NCBI GenBank assembly: GCA_046563655.1
Contig: CM102290.1
Span: 15,128,001 to 15,192,000, forward strand
Origin: Yuukianura sp. NJ FZ-2021
Taxonomy: Eukaryota
Reading direction: 5' to 3'
Length of the DNA: 64,000 nt
Each line of letters starts with the position of its first letter. Within the stretch, counting starts at the first letter, position 1. Made by a program: the position numbers and the translations under genes. The notes below the pieces were generated by a model. It was not told where the DNA came from. It saw only the letters and a program-made list of their open reading frames with translations, and ran no database searches. This document shows positions 12,105-23,500 of this stretch, piece after piece.

Positions 12105-14148
12105 CACTTTCACCCCTTTACACTTCAAAGGAATAGACAGAGCCCTTAAGGGACAACCCTCAGCCCAAACACTTTCAATTCCTGCCTAGGGAAAGTATCT
12201 CTAATCTCTTCCTCATTTGTGCATGTTACAAATCCTTTTGTTTGTCGGTGGGCTTGGTAGTGGGTTCCTCACGTTGCAGCAGTCCAATTATGCACTCACT
12301 TTCTCTTTAGTAACTTTCTCCTCTCTGCATAACTGGGTTGGTTCTAAAGAGAAAGTTGGAGAGGGTGGTTGGACAAAGAAAGCGCCTTTCTCCTCCACTT
12401 TCTGACTAAATTCCTAAGTTTGTTAAAAGTTTGTGAGATCATTAGTCATGCAGTTGGAGAGCTGTCTCGCACCCACTCCCTTCCCAATCAACACTTTCTG
12501 TTTGACTTTCCACTTCCCCCCACTGCACTGGTTGCCATGGCGACTGGAGTCACCAAGTGAGTGTCTGAGCATTGGGAAGTGGAAATGAGGCCTTGAGGGC
12601 TCATGGGGACTTAATTTGGGTGACTCTTAAGTGGAGGCAGTGGGGTGTAATTGGAGATGGAGTTGATTGAGCATGATTCCAGTTGAGCCCGCATCTCTTG
12701 AGTAAATAAGAGAAGATAAGAAGTTGGAGAAAGCTGTCCATCACTTTCTCCGCACAAGAGACAATGGGGTGGAGAGTGGATGGTGGTGTGAAGGCGTAGA
12801 GGAATGGGACAAAGGGGGACTCATTTGGCACTCCTTGTGCTGGCCGCAGTCCAATTTCCATGCCTCTCCCCAGGGACTCTCCCTTCCCCCGAGTCCAATT
12901 ACACCAGAGGTCAGAGGTCAGTTGAAGTGGACTCAAGTCCCTCTTGAGTCATACCTGTGTGGACAGAGGGGGATTAGAATGTGGAATGTGATCCATCCTT
13001 CCATTGTGGATTGTGGAGTGTGGAGGAAACTGTAATTGGAAAGCGGAAACCACCCTAAATCACTTTGTGCGTCGTATGCAGAGTGGGATGGATTAGAGCG
13101 GGGTTCCTAATCCCCGCTCCACAAACACTTAATCCCCACAACCATTCATTACACCCCCCATAAATCTGAGACTTATGAACACCCAGCCATAAAACTAAAC
13201 AATCCACACATCCACCATAATCTCATCCTCAATCAACTCCCGCTTCTTAAACTCCCCACTTCAAAACTTACTCACTTTCTACAGACTGAGAGAAAGAATT
13301 TTGGAAGAGGGGACAGTAAAGTAAGCGGATTCCTCCGGAGTGCCTCCAGGAGGGGCCCTCCCTCCCCACGTCACTCCGAGGAGGGAGTCGCTTCAAGTCG
13401 GTCGTGATCTGAATACAATGGACCATTCCAGCTTATGACTCCCCACTAAATGGTTCTGGTGACGTGGGTCATCATTCCAACATGGTGGGACGCCGTTCTT
13501 TCAATTCCAAAGTTACATTTGAGAGTGACATGCTGAGCCCTTGAAGGGCCTCCTCCCATCATCCGCTCTAAACCCACAAAGTCACTTTCCAAGTACTCAC
13601 AATAAATTATTCCATTCCAAAACTGCCCGCTTTCTCCACCACAACTCTCTTCTCCAAAAGGACTTTCACTGTCGCATCTTTCATAAAAATAAACCACTTT
13701 TTGGAAACTGAAACTCCAAAAGAGAAAAGTGGACTAGAAAAAGAGAAAGTTGAGAGTGTGGGTTTGAGTTGTTGTTTTGAGTTAATTTCCTTTGTAGAAT
13801 AGAGTTGTTTGTACTAAATTTGGTGAAGAGTGGTTAGAGGAATGTAAGTGGAGGTGTGAGTAATTGGACGTGTGGAGTAGTTGAGAGGAGTGATGGTGGG
13901 CCTAATGAGCCCCTCAAGTCCCCTCCTGAGCGATGAGTCCTCTGGGCCAAATTACAGGGAGAGGATCAAAGGCTTTGCCCTCACCTGTTGCCCACCATCA
14001 ATCCCCACTCGGGCTTTAATCCCCACCCAATCCCCACAACCGCAATGTCACTTCAAAGGCAGGGTCAAGCATCAAGCACAAAGTTAATTCTCACACACAA
14101 AGAAAGTCAAATTGGAAACTGGATATGATGTTGAGTGTGTGTTTCAGG

Positions 14149-14755
14149 ATGCAAGTTGTCGTGGGGTCACAAGTCCTCTTCTTCCTCGCTTGTTCTGCCT
14201 TGGCCCTGGGTTCATGGAACTCAATGTCGCCAGGGGAAGAGGGCGACATACGACGACTCTACTACACTCCGCGCAGACTCGACACGACCTTTGACCTCCG
14301 CAGACCTTGGGACGACTCTTCCGCAGAAGACTCTCCACAAATGTACGAAGAATTTGACAAGAGAGCTCCACAGGGCAAACAATACAACTTCGGACTCGGG
14401 AAACGATCAAAAACATACGCATTCGGACTCGGGAAGCGACTAGAGGACGCTTGGAAAAACAGCGCAGCAGCCACCGCCTACAAGTAAGCAACCCTTAAGG
14501 CCTCTCTTTCTGGATTTGTGTCCCTTAAGGCCCCACTTTTCTGGATTTGTGTCCCTTAAGGCCCCACTCATTCTGGATTTGTGTCTTAGGCAGGAGCGAC
14601 GTTCCAAGATGTATTCCTTCGGACTGGGCAAGAGAGGTGCGGAGGAGCTGGACCTCGAAGAATCAGAGCCACAAACCAAAAAGTCCAAGCAGTTCGGATT
14701 CGGACTGGGAAAGCGAGAGACGGAGCCCTGGACACCCTCTGGCACACCCCCTTAA
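14149..14755 (+). CDS. AstA: Allatostatin A (FGLamide) precursor, 2 coding exons
   Basis: Exons 14149-14483 and 14590-14755. Signal peptide, then four Y/FxFGL-G-KR peptides: APQGKQYNFGLa, SKTYAFGLa, SKMYSFGLa, SKQFGFGLa. AATAAA at 14837-14842. Confidence 0.96.
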
Positions 14756-15717
14756 GTCCCCCTTTCGTTCTAAGGGTACTTGACCCTGCCAAGGGCTCTC
14801 GTTTAGTGTAACTCCCCTAGAAACTGAATCTCCCTCAATAAAAGCTCTTTCTCTAGTCATTCCCTCATTTAAAATCCAATCAACCCTCTCCACACTTTAG
14901 CACTTCCGACTCATTTCTCCCCAACACAAACGCTTTCTCCCACAAAAGAGAAAGGAGACGATATGGAGGGGCATCTCTTCCAAATAAACTCAGCTTCTCA
15001 CAACTCTCATTCCAACTCCACTCATTTTTCTCTTCCAATTCAATTAACTCCAATACTTCTTTTATTCAAACTTTTCATCCTCAAATTCAATTCAACTCTG
15101 GCTTTTCTTTCACAACTCAAAATCATTCATCAACTAATATTTTACAGAAATCCAATTTAAAAAAAACAACAACAAAAATCAGCTCAAAAATTCATGTGCA
15201 CCAAAATTTGGATCCACAGAAGAAAAAAAAAGATTAGAGTCGTTGTAAGAACATATGACATGCACTAAAAGTTAGTATAAGACATTTTAAATGTAATAAA
15301 AGTGTACTGAAATTAGTTAAAGTGATATTCTGTATTAATTTCAACTGGAATAGCGGGAAACGTTTGTTTTGGAACGATGGTGCCTCCATAGCCCGCCTTT
15401 TTCAAACCGCATTCCAATTTTCAAATCACAGCTGAAGTGTGAAGACTATAAAATTCATGGGAAATGAAGACTGTTGACTTGGGACGGAATAATTAATTAT
15501 CAATTGAGAATACTGGCAGCGAAATGTCGTAACTGGCAATGTCTGATTCCGAAATTCCAATCATCACAACCAGTAAGTCATATAGTCCAATTGTCAAATG
15601 TTACCTATCCAGAAATACGTAACGTATACGTAACGTAACGAGAATTACTAAATTAATTGCAGAAGACGAATTGCCCACGTCATTCGGAAACAAAGAAGAC
15701 TGAATAAGTACAAGGAC

Positions 15718-16425
15718 ATGAACGATACTCAAATCCAGCACAACAGACAGTCATGCACTTTCTGCAGAATCATTGATGGACACGAACCCAACTCCAAAGA
15801 CATCCTCTACCAGGTCAGATCATACTTATTATCATCAGTTCTAAGAACGAAACTAAACGTTTGTTCTTTTGTGTTTGGATTTGGTGTCAGGATGACACAC
15901 TGGTCGTATTCCCGGACTTCCGTCCAGCCTCCTCACATCATCTTCTGGTTGTTCCAAAGGAACACATTCCAGATGCAACGTGCCTCACTCCCACTCGCAA
16001 TCAACTCACAAGACGAATGGTGGACACTGGATGGAGAGTCCTCTCTGACCAAATAGAGGGCAAATTAAGACACTCAAGGCCACACTGCGTCTCAATTACT
16101 AATCAACACGAGGAGATCCTGTCCAGATGCGGAATTGGATTCCACTGGCCGCCCTACATAACCATTCCGCACATTCACTTACACGTCATTTCACCCATCA
16201 CACACATCAACAGACGCATCTTCCGTCCACGCAGTCACTGGTTTGTGCTGGTTAGTGTCCATGTCAACAGTATCCTTAGTTCCACTTCTAATTACTCTCT
16301 TCCCTTTCGAGCAGCCTCTCTGGCTCCAGCACCAACTACACCAGAGACACACTTGGTCCAACCGACAAGGAGTCAACATCCGCCACTCTTCCAGATTCGC
16401 CCTCTCCGGATATACTTGCAGCTAA
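15718..16425 (+). CDS. HINT3: Histidine triad nucleotide-binding protein 3-like
   Basis: Exons 15718-15813, 15891-16250 and 16315-16425. CTFCRI, DFRPASSHHLLVVPKEHI, GFHWPPYITIPHIHLHVISP (HIT motif), SHWFV. Confidence 0.88.
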
Positions 16426-17568
16426 TTCATCTTGTCTCTCATTCTGTTCACAGTTTCTGTGATACAATCAACTACAAGTCAATTAAGCAAGGGACAATGA
16501 TTCCTTATTTAGTCCGTCCACAGTGCTCATTCCAGAGTCATACTTCCATTGTCTTTTGTTTTTTGTACAGAAATGTTGAAATTATGAACACACTATGATT
16601 ATGTTAAATTATCTTCTAACTTATCAATAAACAAATTAGAAAGCCAAAGCCAAGCATCATTTACTTTCCCAAATTCCCCAACGAATTTTTCTTTTAAAGC
16701 AAAAGGAGAAAGCACTTCTGTATTTTTGAGTGCTAAAACGTTTTCCGACATCCGGCAAAACGTTTTGTTTTTATTCCTTTTAAATTTGATTTATTTGTGA
16801 GAAAACGTTTGGATTGGTGTTGATTTGGCCGTTTGTGCGCATGTGTGAGAGTGAGTTTTTAGTTGGCTAAATTCCTTTTGAGGTTACTCTCTCTTCTGCC
16901 TCTCCCGAAAAAGAAGAGGAACGAAACATTAATCACAAATCATCTCTGCTACAATTAATTGAACACTCCCACTCTCAATACATAACACTACGAACGATAC
17001 ACTCTACACTCTCCCAATCCACCCATGGAACCACTTAAATAATCAACTCTACCGTACTTGACAATATTCACACATCAGCTGATTACTCCAACTATCCAAC
17101 CTTCACTTCATTAACTTGGTAAGTTCTACTCTTAAATTAGTAGTTTCGAATTAAGTAAGTTCATTATCCTTCTTTTATCATAACATTGGATACCATTGGA
17201 CTTAAGGGCTTAGGGATTAAGGGCTCAATTGTCGTAAGCATACTGGGAATTAGGAAGTCACCAAAAGAGACAAGTTGTAAATTGTTATCATTTCAAAACA
17301 ACAAATATTGTTTTCCTTGTGCTGTTTAACGGAAAATGACGCCTTTAATCCATTACTCACTTTTTGTTGTTTTATTAATCTAAGATTGATAAAACAACTA
17401 CTGTACTACTGGCTCTAACTGTTCTTTTGGATTTAGGTAACCCGTGATGTACATAGTCGTCATGGCAACCAGCAAGAGATGATGAGAGTGGTGACTTAAC
17501 AAAGTATTTTGTTTGCTAACTGCTGCTTTTGAGACTGATCACACAATACCTGACGTTTTGAGTTCGGA

Positions 17569-20500
17569 ATGGATCGTCGCCTCGTTCTGTCTCCGGAGTC
17601 TGCCGAGGCCTCTGACATCTTTGACAAGTTTTGCAGTGCGAACACGCTCAAAGGAATCCTGTTCCACTACCGGCAGCTCTGTCGCCTCCTCCGCATCAAA
17701 CCCACGCACTTTCCTCACTTCTACCCTCGTCTCAAAGTGAGTCATCTCTACTTCTTACTTTAATATCCAATTGATCGTTTTGTGTCTTAGGAGAAGCTGT
17801 GCTCGTGGCGGGCTCAAGGGCTCTGGACCAAAGTGGAGAAGAGAGCCTCAGCCAATTGTTATGCAAGAGGAAAAGTGTGTGCGTCCAGTCGGGTGAGACT
17901 TGGATTAACTTCGTCAATTGATGAAAGTGTTTGACTCTGTTGTAATTTGCAGGTCCTGATCATTGGGGGAGGGCCGTGTGGACTTCGGGCGGCCATTGAA
18001 GCGCAACTGCTGGGAGCCAAAGTCGTTTTGATTGAGAAGAGAGATCGGTTTTCTCGGAACAATGTGCTCCACCTCTGGCCCTTTGTCATCACGGATTTGA
18101 AGGGACTGGGCGCCAAGAAGTTCTATGGAAAGTTCTGTGCTGGGTCCATCGATCACATTTCTATAAGGCAGCTGCAATGTCTTCTCCTCAAAGTCGCTCT
18201 TCTCCTGGGGGTGGAGGTTCACGAGGTAAATGAGAGTAGAAGTTGTGTTGAAGTGGGTACTTAATGCGGGTACTTTGTATTTTAGGGCGTTGGGTTCGAG
18301 GGCCTTGAAGAGCCGAGTGAGAGTGAGGGGTGGAAGGCTGTGACTTGCCCTGCTGACCACCCCGTGTCACAGTACCATTTCGACTGCCTCATTGGAGCAG
18401 ACGGACGACGGAATACGCTGGATGGGTTCCGAAGAAAGGCCTTAAGGGCCAAACTGGCCATAGCCATCACTGCCAACTTCATCAACAAGAGAAGTGAGTC
18501 TGAGGCTCGCGTGAAGGAGATCAGTGGAGTGTCCTACATCTTCAACCAAAAGTTCTTCCAGGATCTGAACGAAGCAACTGGAATAGACCTGGAGAACATT
18601 GTGTACTACAAGGACGAAACACACTACTTTGTCATGACTGCCAAGAAACAAAGTCTACTCTCCAAAGGAGTTCTACTTCAAGTGAGACAAATAGAAACTT
18701 GTGTTGTTTATTGCAATAGTCACATTCTCACTTTGCCCCAACCCAGCCTTCCTCCACTCTAATCCTAAGTACTATTCCTAAATTGTAAACAACTTGTGTT
18801 GAAAGGTAGATTAAATAATAATTTAAAGTTAATTACTTAATTGTTGTAGGACCATGCGGACACTGCTCGTCTCCTTTCGCCGGACAACATCAGCAGGGAG
18901 AAACTGATGATTTATGCAGTGGAGGCTGCTCTCTTCTCAACTGAGAATGAGCTGCCTGATTTGGAGTTTGCAGTGAACCACTATGGGCAACCGGATGTGG
19001 CCATGTTCGACTTTACAGCCATGTACGCAGCAGAAAATGCATCCAGAGTCATTCAACGCAAAGGACACAAACTACTCATGACTCTCGTGGGGGACAGTCT
19101 CCTAGAGGTAACCAAACAAACTTCTCTTCATTCCACTTTTCCATTTTCAAAAATACGCAGTTCGGATTTATCTGCATTTCATTCCGCTAAATTTGTTGTC
19201 CGAATCTTCATTTTCTAAAATTGAACATTTTTATGGAGGGAGATCGACGTCAAAAAAAAACTTTCGTTGCATATTTTTTGAGATATTTTTGGTAGCTATC
19301 TCCTTTCCTCATTGAGTTCCATATCTTTAATGTGATTTCTGGATTTTTCCTATTCCTTTGCAGATTATTAAAATTTTCTGTAGTTCTGTCGATTCCTTGA
19401 AATAAGAATAAAAATCCGGATTCATTCAAAATTTTCAAATCCGGATTTCGGATAATCCCAATCCGACAATAAATTGAGTTAGAAAAAAGTAGAGATTTGG
19501 ATGCCTTAATACAAGTTTGTTTTTGTGTTTTAGCCGTTTTGGCCGACTGGGTCTGGGTGTGCTCGTGGTTTCCTGAGTTCGTTCGATGCTTGCTGGATGC
19601 TGCGGAGTTGGGCGAGTGGGAACAAGTCCATTCTGGAGGTGATTGCAGAAAGGGAGTCCATCTACAGACTGCTGGGGCAAACGACGCCCGAGAACCTGAA
19701 CAAGGAGCACCATGGCTACACAATCGACCCCCACTCCCGGTAACTACGCTCTTACACACAAAAGACAAGTGACCTTGACCTTTGTTGACCCTTAAGGTAC
19801 CCCAATTTGAATGTGAGGGCTGTGATGCCTTTCCAAGTGAAGGGTCTCTACGACACTGATGAGAAGACGCCTGATCTGCTCGATGGCCAAGTCATGGTCC
19901 AGCCAGAGAGACAGAGACGCAAGAGACTCAGAGGTTAGTCACTTCACTTCAATATTAATTAATATAATTTATACTATATTAATATAACTGTCCTTTATAT
20001 AAAAAAGGGACTTTTCAGTTAGTATTACAAAAAAGGACACATTTTTGTTTAAAGTCTCAGCTGGCCCCACTTTTTGAGTTGGCTCCACAGAAAGTGGGGC
20101 GAAGTGAGATACTTGTAGTTTATGTGTTAAACTTAATTAAACTAAAATTATATATAATTTATAAATTGGTTGCGTTTATGTGAAAGTTGTTGATTTAATT
20201 GGTTTGTGTTGTTTAGATTGTGTTGTAGATGGAGAAGTAGTGGTGGAGTGGGTGAGGTCACAGGTCAGTTCCTATGGCCTCCAAGTGACTGATGTGAGTG
20301 ACGCCTTCCTAAGAGGAGATGTCCTCTCAGCCATCGTGTATCGCTTCCGTCCTGATCTCATGGACTCTCCACTTTTGCTTCCTGGACAGGAAAATGTGGA
20401 TCCCTTGGCTCTGGCTGCATGCAGAAACCAACTCGCTTTTGACTTCCTGGAAACAGAGTATGGCATTCCACCCGTAAGTCAACCACTCAACTATTCCCAT

Positions 20501-23500
20501 TCTTACAAGTTAGTTCAGTTTACACGGAAAACTTAAAAAAAAACTGAAAATTGAAAAAAAAGCACTAAACGAAGAAAACTTCGAAGCTAAAGCAACTAAA
20601 CCAAACAGATCTAGTTTCTTTAACTTATTTTTTCAATTTTTCAGTTTTGTGTAACGAATTTATTTCAGTTTGTTTAACTGAAACAGAAACTAGCGGATCC
20701 TTGATTGAAAATATAGAAGAGTGACTATTTTTGTTGTTTAGATCCTGAGTGGGCCAGAGTCTGTGCGAAGCGAGTGTCTGGACTTGTCGTGTGTGCTGCC
20801 TTACCTCTGGGACATGTACGAGGCTTTCAAGGGAGAAATCCCACAGATCAAGTACCCCCGACCAGTAAGTTATTCAAGCAAAGACTATTTATTATTGTTA
20901 GTTCATTATTATTATTATTTTTATTAATATTTTTATTGATTTTGTGTGTAGGAGTCGATGGATGAGTTGGAAGAAGTGTCCAGTCGATCCAGTCACCAAC
21001 CCAAGGCCCGTGGGCCGTCCGTCGTTTTGAAACACGGGATTTCATCCAGGAGTGGTCGGAAATCGTCTCGTTTGTCGAGTCAGCGAAGTGGAGACGCTGA
21101 TCAGCTGCCGAGTGACGCTTCCAAGAGACACCGCAAAAGAAGAAGCGAAGACAGATCCTCTCGCTCCAGTGTGGTAAGTGTCTACTTAAATTGTAGTTTT
21201 AAAAATGAAACAAGGTGAGGGACACTCAGAGTTTAGGAGGAGAGAGAACGACGGAGGGTTGAATTGGACGTCAACCGGCGGGAGAGGGAGAAGAGAAGAA
21301 TGCGGAGTCTGATCCTGGCGAGAGAGCGGTTTCTGCGCAGTATGCATCTCCTCCAACTGACTCCTAGGAGAGAGGAGACGGAGAGTTACGAAGACTACAC
21401 AATGCATCTGTACAGACAAACTGCGCCTGACTGGGAGGAGAGATGCAAGGGGCTGGAGAGGAAGTTGTTCTTTGGCACTGTAAGCAAATGAATGGAGTTG
21501 ACCCTTCCGGAGTAACCATGACAACTAACTGGACAAGTCTAACGAGAGAGTGGCTTCATAATGTCTAATCCAACTCATGTCTACTCTTGTGTCACCCTGT
21601 CACTCCCTGTCACTCACTTCTACTTGTCTTTGCAGGGGAAGGAGCAACGGACGTGTGGAGGAGTTGTTTTGAGTGATGAGAAGTGTGTGCCTGGTCTTGC
21701 CCGGAACTTGGAGGAGAAGTTGAAGGGGTCCAAGGCAGAGAAGAAGCCGAAGGACCTCATCCGTGCCATTGGGAAGATCGAGAAGAGTGACTGGAATGTC
21801 CAGTTGATTGAGAAGAAGATTGCAGAGAGCAAGGGAGCTGGACATGGCAAGAAGGACAGAGATGACAAAGTACCCAAGTGGTCACGACAGGCTTTTGACG
21901 ACAAGGTCAGTCTACAACTACCTTTACTTAGCAGCCTAACGCAAAAAAAAAGTATTGTCGTTTTTGTAAAAGTCACTCCAAATGACACTCGAAATTGTTT
22001 TAGCAGCAACAAAAATGCTAAATAACAACTAAAAATATGGATTTCCAGTGTCAATTGGGGGAATTTTTGGAAAAAAAATGTTAATTTGTTGACTGATCAA
22101 CAAAGGCCGGAAAATTAAGATAAATCTTTTTTAGGACTTTAAAATCTTTAAATTCTTTAAAAACTTTAAAAAATTATAAATTCTTTTTTGAAGATAAAAT
22201 CTTTTAAAAATTAAGATCCATCTTTTTTGGCCAATTTTTGTAAATTTTGTAAGATTTCGACCAAATCTAGCCCAAAACCTGTTGTTCTGTTAAAATTTTT
22301 CCACGGTTTTTCATTGATATTATGAAAACTCAGCTTCCGCTAGTTTTTCATGCGTGAAATTGCATGTTCTGAAGGTTTTTTACCCTCAACTCTTCATTTC
22401 TCGCCAATTGTTTTTGCAAATTGCAAAGTATGACTAAGGAAAACACATTTTTACCTTGTTATATCAAATGATATTCTATAAATTCCTAGATTTTTGTAGT
22501 TTTTCAGAACTTTTTTGACTAATTTTTAAGAGATTTTAAAGTTCTTAAAACGGCTTTTTTTGGAACTTTCTTTTCCGGCCTTTGCTGATCACCCATTAGA
22601 AAAGCGGATTGTTCTTTTTTAAATTAGGCTGCTATGGATAGTATGAGTAGTTGAGTTGAATTTTTTTGAATTTTGGGGTAAGTTGAGACTATTTGTTTAG
22701 AGAGAAGCCATGAAGCGCCGTATGGAGGGAAGTGAGAAGCCACTGGACGACAAAGTGTTTGAGGAGACGATGAAGACGGTGGGCAGAAGACTCAAGGAAG
22801 GAAATGCACTGGATGTGGGTCAACGGGGGTCAAACAAAGTGTCTCAAATGGCAGGGCAAATAGTGGACAAGTTCCAGAAAGAAGCCAAGGAGGGAATGCC
22901 CACTCGCACTGTTGTGAGTTCCACAGTATAACTAAGAGTTTTTATTGTAATCGAAATTTTTAGAAAGACACGATGACGGAATGTTTGACTTTTTAGGTGA
23001 CCCGCCCTTTGTTTGAGCCATCCAAGCCTTCTTCTGAGATGTGTCACTTTTGTGAGCAAAGAGTGTACGTCGTTGAGAGGATGACTGCAGAGGGCAAGTT
23101 CTTTCACCGCAACTGCTTTCGATGCGAGTACTGCAACACTAGTCTCAGACTCGGTAACTAAACTATTACTTTGTTAGTCACATTTCATCAAACTTCCCTC
23201 CATAATTGTCCATTTAGGTTGACTAGTTGTGATTGAAAAGTTAGAGTCTCACGGTGCCCCATAAAATCCCAACTTCATTCAATTTCTGACTAAGTTTCAG
23301 CGTTTTTCCAATTCAAGTAACCTTGTTCATTTTCGGCTGGGGTACAATGACATTTTTTGTAAATAGAGTTTTAAATTTTTATGGAGGAGATATTTGAAGA
23401 ATAGGATGATTTTTTTTTTGAATGGGGAGGGGGTTCTATACAGCCCACTTTATGCTCGGTTTTCCTATGGAATGTTTCCTTGGGAAAGTTTGTTGTAGAA

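Noticed and set aside
7200..14100. Numerous 60-130 aa ORFs between DH31 and AstA
   Set aside because: No recognisable motifs or coherent exon chains; composition is intron- or regulatory-like.
20054..20110. Hairpin GCCCCACTTTTTG...CAGAAAGTGGGGC as a pre-miRNA
   Set aside because: The continuous stem is only 13 bp and a similar arm recurs near 26972, which suggests a decayed transposon terminus.
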